Shown here piece after piece: positions 12,176 to 24,235 of a stretch of 64,000 nucleotides of DNA. A model generated the notes under the pieces. That model had not been told where the DNA came from and did not search any database. It saw only the letters and a list, made by a program, of their open reading frames with translations. Made by a program: the position numbers and the translations under genes. This stretch comes from Pseudogymnoascus verrucosus (taxonomy: Eukaryota), in NCBI GenBank assembly GCA_001662655.1, contig KV460209.1, one strand, 5' to 3'. Each line of letters begins with the position of its first letter. Position 1 is the first letter of the stretch.

Positions 12176-13581
12176 ATGGAGGGGTAATGTCGATGGAAAG
12201 CTGTCTGGGTTGTCGAATAGGAGGTTTTAGAGAGGAACTATCAGAGAGGAGCTGTTAGAGAATGTCTGTGGGTAGAGAGCTATGGGTGAGGGGATTGGGA
12301 AAGGCCGAGAGGTTTCTTTGGGTTTCGGCGTTGATGAATAATGTTATTTCATTCTTTCGTTCATATTTTGATGTATAGTTAGGCACATACAGGTATCCAC
12401 AGAACAAAGGAATAGAGATGCATGGATGAAGATCCTGTAACCAATCGAAATGTTGCTTAGAAATATATAGAAATATCATCCTGTTGGATGTTGGTATTAA
12501 AAATGGTATGCCGTTTATAATGTATCCCATGCACAGAGTGAAAGGCTCCGCGCCAAGAAACTGTGAAAATGCATCACATAGCTGTATAATTCGTCATGGA
12601 CGGAACCATACAGATGTAAAGGCATAAATGCGAGTTGTATAACGTACCAGGTATACTGTGCGCTGTAGGATTTATAACATTTTTGCGTGCTGCGTCCCGT
12701 GAGACATGCATACTCCATCTCGGCACATCCATCCCAGAACAGGAAAGTCGACGCGGCCGCCTCGGCGCAGTAGAACGGTTTACCAATCGTCGATCCAAGG
12801 GATGATCATCGGCGCGCGCTACTTCTTAGCTTCAGTTACGGTTACGTCTGACAGGTGACAGTTGTCAGCTTACTACAGCATACAGCAGTAGAATAAGGCT
12901 TTGCCGAAAACACATATCGGATGCAGCTTACGAGAATCGGGAACTAACCAAATTAAGCGGCTGCCCCTATCACAACTATACGCATTTTTAATGGATAGGA
13001 GCGATCGTGTTGGTTCACAAGGAATTCATAGGGCGGGAAGGTGGCTTTTGCCGGGGGGGACGTGCAACTTCAATTTCTTACCAATCTGTCGTTTTTGTGT
13101 GCGTGGTGAGTAATTCAAATGTGACCACCATATTCCACTAGATATCAAAGAAACACGGGAAGGAGAAGCTCAAAGAAAAAAGAGAATAGACGTCAATGAC
13201 GATGACGACGCGAGGCTGGTTGGATTGCTTAGTAAATGCGAAATACCGACCGACTGGGTAGGCGAGAGGTTGTGATTAGAAATCTTGGGCGACGACGTCG
13301 ATTGTTACTGCCGTTTTGGATATTGTCGTTCCTGCCATTCTCGTCGTCGGTGCTCTTCTGAATATGCTGTGTGATTGATGTTTGCTCCTGAGGGAAAGGT
13401 ATAAAGTATCCTCCAATTTCCACGGTTGGGCTCTCTTCTTTCTTACAACTTCACTCTCACAACACACATTCACACTCAGTCCTTTTACAACCTTCTTCTT
13501 CCACATCAGTTTCTAAACTTCAATCAACAACCAACACAACTCCATTTCAATCACTTTAAAGTCATCTATCCTACCTTCAAA

Positions 13582-14388
13582 ATGGTTCAACCAATCAAGC
13601 TCTACACTGTCGCCGCCGTAAGTCACTGCCCATTGCCATCCACTCCAAAAAAAAAACACACAGTTAAACAGAAACACAGGGTCCAAACCCATGGAAGGTC
13701 GCCATCTTCCTTGAGGAGCTTGGTATTCCTTACACCAACGAGCTCCGAACCTTCGCCGAGCTCAAGGGGGAGCCATACCTCGATATCAACCCCAACGGCC
13801 GCGTTCCAGCCATCCAGGACCCAAACACTGGCATCACTGTCTCTGAGGTGAGTTTAACCTACCACAACCCCCCTCACCCAACCTCACCCTCATCTTCAAT
13901 AACCAATCCTCCCCGATATCACCTCTTACTTACTCTCCCCACAGTCCGGCGCCATCCTCCAATACCTCGCCGAGACCTACGACACCACCAACAAGTTCCA
14001 CCACGCCAGCGGCCAAGAGAAGTACTCCGAGTACCAGTGGCTTCACTTCCAGACCTCCGGCCAAGGCCCCTACTTCGGCCAGAAAGCCTGGTTCTCCAAC
14101 TACCACTCCGAGAAGCTCCCCTCGGCCGAGGCCCGCTACGAGGGCGAGATCCGCCGTGTCCTCGGCGTCGTCGAGCTCCACCTCAGCAAGACCAAGACCG
14201 ACTACCTCGTTGGCAACAGCTACTCCTACGCCGATCTGGCCTGGACTACTTGGAATCAGCTGATTGGCTGGTTGGCGGCTGACATTGATGTCAAGAAGGA
14301 CTTCCCGCTCTTTGCGGCTTGGAATGAGAGAATCCAGAATCGTCCTTCTGTCATCAAGGTTGCGGCGGACAAGGCTGCGCTTCAGTAG
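13582..14388 (+). CDS. Glutathione S-transferase, Ure2p-like class, 3 exons
   Basis: Spliced translation MVQPIKLYTVAA|GPNPWKVAIFLEELGIPY...INPNGRVPAIQDP...E|SGAILQYL...FQTSGQGPYFGQ...YSYADL. Introns 13618-13679 and 13848-13943; TAG 14386-14388. The true frame is missed by the ORF track. Confidence 0.93.
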
Positions 14389-15994
14389 ATTGAGACCGTC
14401 GAGACTTGACTTCCACTTTCTGATGTGAATGTGAAGCGGTTAGACTGGGATTCGGGATGTGGATGCGATGAGAAACGCAATGACTTTATGGCTTTGAGAA
14501 AATGAAGATCATTTCATACATGTGTTCCATGATGCTTTTCGAAGTGACTGTAAATCCAATGATGTGAGACCCTCCAACCCTCTCCTCCATCTTCTCTTTT
14601 TCCTCCGCATCAACAAGCTCCTCCGTCACGGCGCGAGATTATCAACCAGCTATATGCACGTAGACGTAAATATATACTATGGTCTTATGATAAGACTGTA
14701 TTACATAAAACACATATATAAAAATACTGAAAGAATTTATTACCAGTACGCAAATTACCCAGTGATATCATTTAAGAAATATTTTATTATATATTAAAGA
14801 CATTTTCTTTACGTCGTGTATTTAAGCTGAACGTACATCAATTAGTGAAATTCCATGCTCGACAATAATCCAATCATACATCATAAATAGTGGTATATTT
14901 AATTACGGACCGGCCTGCTACAGTATCTGTTGCTATAAATAACACAAATTTCGGTCCGCGGCGGATGGGATAGCAATTACGTTGGGAGCTATGGCAGCTG
15001 CATGAGAGCTTCACAGAGTACGGCGGCATAAGTTTCCGTACAGGTCTGTGCCTTTCCTATACAGAATGACACCCGTTTACTGCAATTTGAGCTTCGTATC
15101 TATAAGGTTATAGACATGTGAAAATCAATAGTTCCTCTTTTTGTGAAGCTTAATCTAACAGGGCAAACTATAATGGATATCTTGGCAAAAAGGGTCATAG
15201 CAGCCACGTTCTACTTAGTAGTAGTATATGTAGTATCCTGTCAGCACCGAATACTGTGACTAGTACACGCGATCTGCCTGTGATGATAACTAACTAAGAC
15301 AAAGAAAACATAACGCAATAGAATCGGTGATTATCTCTCATACTGTGTAAGCGTGGCATTAGGATAAAGCTTAGCATCTCTAAAATATTGCAACTGTCAC
15401 AGTGTGGTGTGGTCGGCCGGGGAAAATCACTCCGAGTAGCGAGAAAGTCACAACTTGGCAGCGCCGAAGTAGCCTCACTGGTGCCTTTTGGTAGTGAAGC
15501 CACGCGCATGGCCATCCGCAATGAGGCGTTGTATTTTGCCACGTAACTTGTATGTAAAAGTACATCTGATCTCGATACAGTTATAGGTGCCGTGCCGTTA
15601 TAGCTTGTTCCGCCACTGACTCCATTTCTTCAACGCACTGATTTCTTCCTCGCATGGATTCCTACGACGCCCACCGGATTCCTACGATGACCACCGGAAC
15701 TAGATGCCCATTGTATCGTAATTCCCACCCAAGCCTTCCATGCGCCGCAAAACGTGCTGACACGTGATTGACGACAAGAGCATACTGGAATTTCCGTTCT
15801 CTATCCCCACAATGAGCGAATCGTCCACTCTTACCTCGTTTTGAATACCCAACTACGGTGCTACAAATTTCCGCAAGGAGAGAGGGCCAATCAAAGCTTA
15901 GGCTAATGCCAACATCCATTTATCCGTTTAAAGAAGGTAAGCTGTTCGCGTCAGCTATGACCGAAGTGCCATGATAATACCGGGATAGGCGTAA

Positions 15995-16545
15995 GCTAAA
16001 ACCCCGCTAGCTAATGAACCCCAGACTTCCGATGGGGCCAACCCTGGCAGTGTCACGCCCGCGCTAATATTGCGTGCGGGGAAGATCCAACATAACGTGG
16101 AGATGTCAGGTTCACGCCGAAGACTACACCGAAGCTCTGGGAATTGAGGGAATTGAGGGAATTGAGGAAGAGGTTCGGAAATTCGGCATAGATATAGGTT
16201 CTAGATGAAGATTATTTCGCTGTCGTTATGTTCCGCCTCAAGTTTTACCTACCGAGGCCTGATTAAATCAATCGGCACCTGAGCCAGGCCCCTGTCTAGC
16301 GCCATCCCTAGGTCGGTCCTTGTCGGCCCTATATTACTTCTACGCTTCCTTCGTTGAGCGAAAGGGGACGATTGCTTCGTTACCCCGCCTCCGGTGGGGT
16401 ACTAAGTCTGATAATTATCCACGTATCACGCTAATACCATTGGACGGGTTGTGGAGGTCAAGGTGCGGAGCAAACTTCACTCAATTGAGTTAAGATCGGG
16501 ATTACCATCATAAGCGTGTTGTCGCAGGGATAAAGATATAAAAAC
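15995..16545 (+). promoter_or_regulatory. Putative promoter of the sugar transporter with clustered CreA-type SYGGRG sites, a CGG-pair motif and a TATA box
   Basis: About eight SYGGRG matches on both strands (near 16001, 16019, 16076, 16097, 16382, 16394, 16451, 16464), CGGAAATTCGG at about 16176, and TATAAAAA at about 16537. Function is inferred from known CreA and Zn2Cys6 consensus sites. Confidence 0.4.
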
Positions 16546-16610
16546 CCAGTCGTGCCTGCCTCTCTTTCGTTTTTACGTTTGTTTTCACGTTTGTCTCAGA
16601 AATCGTCAAC

Positions 16611-18391
16611 ATGAATAACGTCACCACAGAGAAGCCGACCTCAGTGTCGGAGGTCGAGGCGCTGCCCGCCTCCACGGGCGGACCTGTCTACAATGCCGAT
16701 GAGAAGGTCGACGTCGACTACAACAGAACGGGCGCCATCGATGCCGAGAAGATTGAATTTAAGATGACTGTGCTCGAGGCTGTCAAGGCCTATCCTGCTG
16801 CCAGTTGGTGGGCATTCGTTATGTCATGCACCATTGTAAGGTGTTTTACCCATGAGATGCAGATCATTTCTCTAACGCTGCGATAGATCATGGAGTCATA
16901 CTGTGTTTTCTTGATGGGACAGTTCATAGCCACCCAAAAATTCGCCGATGATTTCGGTGTATACAGCCCTAATAAGAAGAAGTTTATTATCGAAGCTTCA
17001 TGGCAGTCAGCATTCCAGTGTAGTGGACCAGTTGGTGCCTTCATGGGTGTCTTCATGGCTGGTCCCATTACTAGTCGGATTGGATATCGATGGGCAACCA
17101 TTGGCGGTCTCATGTTCTTAAACGCTTTCATCTTCATCTTCTATTTCGGCAACAGCCAGGGGATGTTTTTCGCGGCCCAAATCCTGGAAGGCATTCCTTG
17201 GGGCATTTTTATCGCCAATGCACCCGCTTACTGTTCTGAAATTGTGCCAATGAGATTGAGAGCTCCAGCGACGCAGATGTTGCAGATGTTCTGGGCTATT
17301 GGGGCTATTATTGTCGGTGGTATCACTTATCACTACCAATCCAGGGATGACGCCTCAGCGTACAGGTTCGTCCGCTCCCATAGATGCCATCGAGCAACAC
17401 TCTACTAACAGTCATACCAGAGTTCCCATTGCACTCCAGTGGATGTTTCCTACTCCTCTTGCTATCCTACTCTTCATTGCGCCTGAATCACCCTGGTGGC
17501 TCGTTCGAAAGGGTCGTCTGGCTGAGGCAGAGGCTTCTGTCAAACGCCTTGGACGCGCGAGTGCAACCGAAGATCCCGCTGACGCAGTCGCAATGATGCG
17601 TCGTACGATCGAGCTTGAGAAGAACGATACGCAGCCCAGTCTCCTTGAGCTGTGGAAAGGTACCGATCTATACCGCACATTGATTGTGTGCGGTGTGTAC
17701 GCATCCCAGAATCTGACGGGCAATCTGATCGCTAACCAAGCGGTTTATTTTTTCAAGCGTGAGTTCAACCGTTTCCTGCAACCTCATATACGTGACTAAC
17801 ACCAGCTCAGAGGCCGGCATGGCAGACAACACCGCATTTGGACTTGGTCTCATCACTTCTGCCCTCCAGTGGATCATGGTCATGCTCTCTTGGGTCCTCA
17901 CCACATACCTCGGCCGACGCACAATCTATGTCTATGGTCAACTCATCAACTGCGTATTTTTGATAGCGCTGGGTATTGCTGCTTCAGTTGGCCGTAGTAC
18001 GGCGGCTAGCAATGCGCAAGCATCACTTGGCTTGATTGTCTCCGTCTTGTTCTGCTTAGGACCCGCCCCTGCCTCATGGGTCATCATCGGCGAGACATCT
18101 TCCATTCGTCTTAGGCCACTGACAACCGGTATCGGACGAGGTGCCTACTACATGGTCAATATTCCTTGCATCTTCCTTGCTAGCTACATGCTCAACGATG
18201 ATAAGTGGAACCTGGGCGGCAAGAGCGGCTACATTTGGGCTGGCACCGCCTTTTTTTGCACTGCCATGGCTTGGTTCTGGATTCCAGAGATGAAGCACAG
18301 GTCCTACCGTGAGATCGACATTTTGTTCCAGCGTCATGTCCCGGCTCGCAAATGGAAGCAGACGGTCGTTGATATCAACGATGATGAGTAG
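16611..18391 (+). CDS. Sugar porter family alpha-glucoside/maltose permease-like transporter, 4 exons
   Basis: Motifs I(I)MESY, EGIPWG, PAYCSEIVPMRLR, PIALQW, APESPWWLVRKGR, GRRTIY, ETSSIRLR, PEMKHRSYREIDILF. Three short GT-AG introns. Confidence 0.93.
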
Positions 18392-18611
18392 ATTGGAAAT
18401 TGATGTTTGGAGAAGCCTGAGTGGCACTGCTTGTGCAGGAATGGGCGGCAGACACATGTATCTTACTACATACTTTCAAATAATTATTTTCCAGATGAGT
18501 TGAAGTGTGGAGATCACGTCGGAATGTACTGCATCCTCTACCCTTGTCGGCAATTGCATTAGGTGCTACGTCGAGTAATGTTGCTTCCATCTCCAGACTT
18601 ATCTTTGCAAT

Positions 18612-18790
18612 TAACGTTGGGAGCAATTGCGGAATACGGGGATATACTACCAAAATGGTATGGAAATCGCCAGTCTCCATAATCAATCTCTTGGCAGATG
18701 GAACAGAGAAGCCTAGTAGTAAACACAGTAGAATATAATATTAAACGATTGAATTACTACACTATTCCACGGGCCTACGTACTATTTGTA
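18612..18790 (-). repeat. Dispersed repeat C, copy 1 (exon plus intron remnant, homologous to 23670-23850)
   Basis: Shares blocks gagcaattgcgg, cagtagaata, attgaattactac and acgggc(c)tacgtac...tatttgta with copy 2. Minus strand reads IMETGDFHTILVVYPRIPQLLPTLI. Confidence 0.7.
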
Positions 18791-20002
18791 TTCGATTGGG
18801 GGACCTGCTTACCCTCAACAGCCGAAGGATTCCGGCATAGCTCTCCATATGATCTCCACAAGACAAGTAAACATGCCTATATGTTAAGGCTAACAATAAT
18901 GGTACACTTAATTCAGGATAGTTTACGAATATATATAAACCAGAGTCAGTTATTCCTGCTCTCTTAGGCTCACATGGTATTAGCCTCTTACATTAGACAT
19001 ACAAAAGCAAGCCTGGTACGGTACCAGTCCATTTCAATTGCTAGTGCGAGCAATCCAATAAACTATATAGGATTTACTTCTAGGTAGCATGAACACCCCG
19101 TCGCAGACTTCCCTTCAAATCGTCGTTAGACTGGGACTTTCACGGGTGGGCACAGGATAATATGATAACCCTAGTAATAGTCCTAGGACTTCCAACATAT
19201 GGAGCGCATCATATGTCATATGATAACAGTGGTAGAAAGTGGTCCTTGATCTGGGCTAGTGTAACTATTCCGCTGAGAAGGGTCTACACAAAGGCATTAA
19301 CCGCGCTCTATTGGATCTCTTCCAAAGGGCCCTAGGGATTACTCTAGCGTCAGTATACTGCATCTGCAAACTGCATGCTATGCAGCAAGCGATTTATTGA
19401 GCCAGTGCGTCGTTGCTCCCGCAAAGGGCCAGTAGTAAATCCCAACGTCTGCAGATCGCAGACTTTGGAATTGACTATGACAGGACAAGCAATGCTACCA
19501 GGTATTAGCGTTGCCTGTCCTGCCGTCGCTCCCCTGCCTAGAACCCCATCAAACCCGTTCCCCGTTGCTACCCTTCCGGAATCTAAATGGGACAATACTT
19601 GTTTTAATCCACAACTTTTTGCTTATGGGGCATCTGTATAGTCTTGAACCACTCGTACCCATATTAACACCCAGCATTTTTCTAGTCAACCAAGTGTCGA
19701 AATGTCGCTGCTTTCCCCAGATTTTAGAAAGGAGATAGGAGAAATCAGAAAATGGTAAACCGCAACTAGGGGCCTCAAAGTCGAGCAGAATCGATGGATT
19801 AATACCGCTAAACCACTAATACTTTCTAGTTATCAGCCGGCGCGGCCGCTTTGACAACCTACATACAAATGGATAACTTCCAGAAGCCGCCTTCGGCCAA
19901 ATCCAGGTGCAAATCCCTCATTTGACAACGTCTAACCCCGAGCATCTCAGCAGCTATCAAACGCTATCAAGTGTTTGTACAATGTCCTCAATGGCGTCTG
20001 AG

Positions 20003-20072
20003 ACTAAACTGGTGTCAACCCATTAGGTAGTGTTAGGGTTAAGACTACCTAATGGGTTGACACCAGTTTAGT
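20003..20072. repeat. Perfect 29-bp inverted repeat (hairpin) with a 12-nt loop GTTAGGGTTAAG
   Basis: actaaactggtgtcaacccattaggtagt (20003-20031) is the exact reverse complement of actacctaatgggttgacaccagtttagt (20044-20072). Confidence 0.95.
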
Positions 20073-20317
20073 TAAAACGTGAACAAGCGGGAGCTGGACG
20101 GGGGGCCGAGGGTTAGTTCACTCCGTATCGGCGTGTTGGCATACGGCTACAATGCGGACGTTATCTGCGGAGTTAGAGTCTAGGGAACTAGGTCAGGAGG
20201 CAGGAAAGTAATCGTATTTGAGAAGCACAATAGGTTTACGTATATAAAGCGACTATTGAGTGGATTCCCTCCTCTAAAACCTCCAACCCCTTTTGTTCGG
20301 AAACCCCTTTGCCCTCA

Positions 20318-20818
20318 TTAGGGAAGGCCTCTTTGACCAAAACAGGTCATAAAACCATCAGAATTACCCATATAATTATCTATCTGAGGTTAGAATATGG
20401 TTATTATTATGTACATTGGGACTTACTTGTGTCAATCGAGGTGGAAACAGTGCCTCCAGCAGCGTTCTTACACTTGGCATGGAGAACGGTACCAGACAGA
20501 TAAACGTCTGAACAGGATCCAGAATATCTGCCCCTGAAAACGAGTTAGTAATGTTAAATTCATATATAAAGAAATAAATATTTACCATAGGCGGGCAGCA
20601 AGTATGCCGTTGTCATTGGCGAAACATGAATCGGGGTTGATTTCAGTGCCGACTCTGTAAATTCCACTGTTCATTCGGCAGTTGGCGAATATCACCTTGC
20701 CTCCGTCCCTTGCATTGTAATAACTAATGGAATTGCAAGATGAACCATAGCCACTGTCTGCAGCCACTTCAGTGACGAGGCTGAGAAGCATAAGCGGAAT
20801 TAAAGATGTAAGGTGCAT
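20318..20818 (-). CDS. Small secreted cyanovirin-N homology (CVNH) lectin-like protein, 133 aa, 3 exons
   Basis: Exons 20818-20586, 20533-20427 and 20379-20318 splice in frame (402 nt). The product is a signal peptide plus two homologous halves: GYGSSCNSI...ANC...EINPDSCFANDNGIL and GRYSGSCSDVYLSGTVLHAKCKNAAGGTVSTSIDTNNYMGNSDGFMTC. Six Cys. Confidence 0.88.
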
Positions 20819-21358
20819 GGTGGGCAGGTGTGAAATGACTGGAATAAGACAGGATAGTGATGTTCGATGAAAGAATAACCTGGGGAATCATGGCGCACTT
20901 ATAGACGCAAGATGACTGAAATATTAAATACCTGCAATGATTACTTTAGATAGTACCTCGTATTGAATTACTAAATACACCAATTAAATAAACTGCAAGA
21001 TAGAATTACATATCACTGCACACTGGCAATCTAAAAACTAGCCAATGGCCTCACTGAAACCCAACAATCCAACAGCCCCCAACATCTAACATCCTATTGG
21101 GAATGATTCACTGTTCAAGGGATCTACACGCAATATCGTATGAGAATCTCCAGTCACCATAATCAAGCTCTTAGTAGCAGCTGACAGAAATATCACAGGG
21201 TAGAATGTAGTATATAGAAATATAATTAAATCAATTGAATTATCTCAATATCTCATCGTTCTACGTAGTTCTCATAGGTGCTTCCTGGGGAGTAGCCAGA
21301 ACCCTAGTCTACAGCTATCCCCACGTCGCTGGTGACAGAGCTAGCGCACTGCCAAGCA

Positions 21359-21420
21359 GGCCAATGGGATATCTTTGGGAAAGACACCTAAGCCAGGGCT
21401 AATTACTTGGCAAATCCTAG
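21359..21420 (+). repeat. Dispersed repeat B, copy 1
   Basis: gccaatgggata...gggctaattacttggcaaat; the same ordered blocks recur at about 24177 and 25951. Confidence 0.6.
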
Positions 21421-21955
21421 GAAATCTCACGAATCTCCAAGACATCCAACATCCAACATCCAACAACTAAAATCTGCATCCCCGCGTACACTAATTTCAG
21501 AACCCCAGTTTCCTCCAATGATAATAATGCGGTCAGAGCTTATACCCACTTATTAACCTCCCTATACATAAACGGGTGCCTTTTTGAATGGGCAAAAGCA
21601 TACGCCCGTACGAACACTTGTTGGCGCTATACTGTATCAAGGGTTTCTCATCCGACAGGCTATGAATCCTATAGCACAGTCAGGCTATAGAGACCGCCTA
21701 TCTGTATATATTTACTATATCGGGTAGGAATTCCGAAATTCTGTTGTAACACAGCAGTTATAGCAAACAAAAACCATAGAAGTAATGACACAAGCTTGAG
21801 CAGGGCTTCCTCTTCTACTGGGCCATGTTCAAGATGTCGACAGGGACATCGAGGACGCTGATATTGCAAATTTTAGCCTATTGACACCCAACCTTGGCTG
21901 CTCGTAGCGAAGTAGGTGATCGGACAACTTTACAGAACTAGGTGCATGCAAGGAT

Positions 21956-22055
21956 ATTATCAATTGGCCACGCGTGCTTGGAATATCAAACTCAGAAGGT
22001 GCTGCATTATCAAGTTGCCACGCCTGCTTGGCATATCAAATGCAGAAGGTGCTGC
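21956..22055 (+). repeat. Degenerate tandem duplication, 2 x 50 bp
   Basis: attatcaattggccacgcgtgcttggaatatcaaactcagaaggtgctgc is followed directly by attatcaagttgccacgcctgcttggcatatcaaatgcagaaggtgctgc. Confidence 0.9.
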
Positions 22056-22730
22056 CAACTTATAAAATTACAATAGCTTGCTGTATGTAGTAGGAGACCA
22101 ATCATAGCGTGCTTGCTTACCATTACAGAGTCTTTCACCTTTTTGCTAGGCCGAGTTGATATTGTCACCCGTTACGCTCTTTGCGTCCATGGAGGGTAGA
22201 ATTGACATGAAAACGTAGCGGCCTCACCCCAAGATCACCCTCAAGGCAGCAAGGGGCTCAGACTCCACGCTATGCCTATTGGCACGATAGAGAGTACAGT
22301 GTATAACCTGCTCAGGTGAGAAATACAATAGAGTAGGCACCTACCAAGGGATAAATAGAGTTGGTAGAGCAAGCTAAAACAGCGTTACGCCGATTCATTG
22401 CATAAAAACCACCTGTGCTTTCTCACAGAAGCAAAGGAATAGAAAACAACGCCTCACTTCAGATACCCCATATCAAGGTCCTAACAGATAGCTTCTCTGC
22501 ATAGGGCTGTAAGTGAGACTCTACTTTATCAGCGCAGCGCTGAGATCACTACTGCATCAGGTCCAACTATAGCTTTCTCGCTGCTCGTATTTCTCACCCG
22601 AGGCTGGCTAGGCACTGTAGGAGCGTAAAAAACAGCCAAAAAAAAACATATAACAGTGGGTATTCGCTAGTGGCCACCCACCCAACTACTAATCCACCGA
22701 TCTTAAGCTTGTGTATAGCAGAGCGGACGG

Positions 22731-23314
22731 GATGCCCAATTCTCTGTGAGCTGCCATCGCTTTCGCGCTCAAGACCACGACCAAAACCGTACCCTGTTGT
22801 CAGCCTTCCGCTCCCTATCGCTCTAGGGCTAATGCTGCTTTGACCTTAACTTCTCACTTGTGGCGACCACTAACGCAGCATAATAGCATCTAAAAACGCA
22901 AAACAGTTGGTCGATTTCCGTAATCTGCCTCAGGCAGATTTCTGCTACTCAAAAGGTCGCATCCTATATCTGCGATTACGACCGCAACTTTGTGGAAACG
23001 CAAAACGGTTGGACGATTCTAACATCTGCCTCGGGCCTCTCAAAAGGCCGCATTTTGTGTATTCGATCACGATAGCGGCATCACGACAACGGGGAATGGT
23101 TAGTCGATTTCGCAAAACTGCCTCGGGCTTTTCCAAAGGCCGCATCCTGTGTCATGGAAACGGGGAACAGTTGTGATATCTGCCTGTGGCCTCTCGAACG
23201 GCCGCATCCTGTGATTACAACAACGGCTTCCTGGAAACGGGGGATAGCTGGCTGGCTTCAGTGCTTTTACCTGTGCTGCCCTCTTCTCGTTCGGAAATCT
23301 GCGTTAAGGCCTAA
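22731..23314 (+). repeat. Dispersed element A, copy 1, with about 4 internal ~91-bp tandem units
   Basis: Starts with gatgcccaattctctgtgagctgcc, identical at 27811. Internal units of the form ggaaacg...ggtcgattt...tctgcctcgggc...gcatcct. The 3' block gctt(c/t)agtgcttt(t)acctgt is shared with copy 2. Confidence 0.85.
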
Positions 23315-23669
23315 TTTCCTGGGCATCTCTGCTGGAGATGGTTGCTGGATGAGGCTACTTTATGACTCCTTTTGATAGAAACTTGATTCCTAGATACTGA
23401 ATCGCGTGGTCGGTAGCTAGGCTTAAATCTCCTATGCTTGTGTCGATATCCAATCTGTTAATAAGGGAGTATGTATCACGCGTCCTGTTTTGGCCCTTCC
23501 TCCAAAGTTCACCTCACAGATGTGATTTCCTGAGCGCGAACCGACTTGTAGAATTCTATGGGACTACAGCCTTTACTGATGCCGTGGTCCCGGAGGCTAT
23601 TCTACATAGGGTCGTTACCTCACAGGGAAGATTGATGGAAACCGTCACGTGACACATCGTAGTTTATAT

Positions 23670-23850
23670 AGTTGTTGAGAGCAATTGCGGGATTCTGGGA
23701 ATTACACACAAAATCGTGTGATAATCTCCGGTTCCCGTAATAAGCTCCTACGGGCAGCGAGACAGAGGCTTCAGCAGTAGAATACAGTATATAGGACAAT
23801 ATATTCAATTGAATTACTACCTAATCTACGGGCTACGTACAGTATTTGTA
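23670..23850 (-). repeat. Dispersed repeat C, copy 2
   Basis: Minus strand reads ITGTGDYHTILCVIPRIPQLLSTTI* with an upstream GTACGT-type intron, matching copy 1 at 18612-18790. Confidence 0.7.
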
Positions 23851-24132
23851 GGCCTGGGGGAAACCCCCAAAACCTCGAACTTGCTTCTTCTGCCCCTTGG
23901 CTGTGGTGAGACATCGGTGTAATTACCACCCAACGCTCGAACCAATAGGGGAGCCGGACGGTCTCACGGAGAAAAGTGACCATTTTGGCTGTAAAAGCCT
24001 GCCGTATCCCACGGGAATGTCGGTTTCCCCCCTTCAATAGTATAGCATCATCAATTTAAGTATTACAGCCGACATAATTTTATGTATTCTTTGCTCCGCC
24101 GTGTTGCTCCGTCCGCAGTGGGGTGGTTCAAT

Positions 24133-24235
24133 CCCGGGGTTTCTAACTCTTTCGACAGCTGGTCATCAGATTAGTGAGCCAATGGGATACCCTAGGAATA
24201 CGCCTAAAATGGGGCTATTCCTTGGCAAATGCTAA
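24133..24235 (+). repeat. Dispersed repeat B, copy 2 (upstream of NmrA-like gene)
   Basis: gggtttctaac...ctctttcg...tggtca...gagccaatgggata...ctatt..ttggcaaat aligns with 25905-26022. Confidence 0.7.

Noticed and set aside
20032..20043. TAACCCTAA as the template of a telomerase RNA gene
   Set aside because: It is closed inside a perfect 29-bp stem, and no pseudoknot or other telomerase RNA elements were recognisable nearby.
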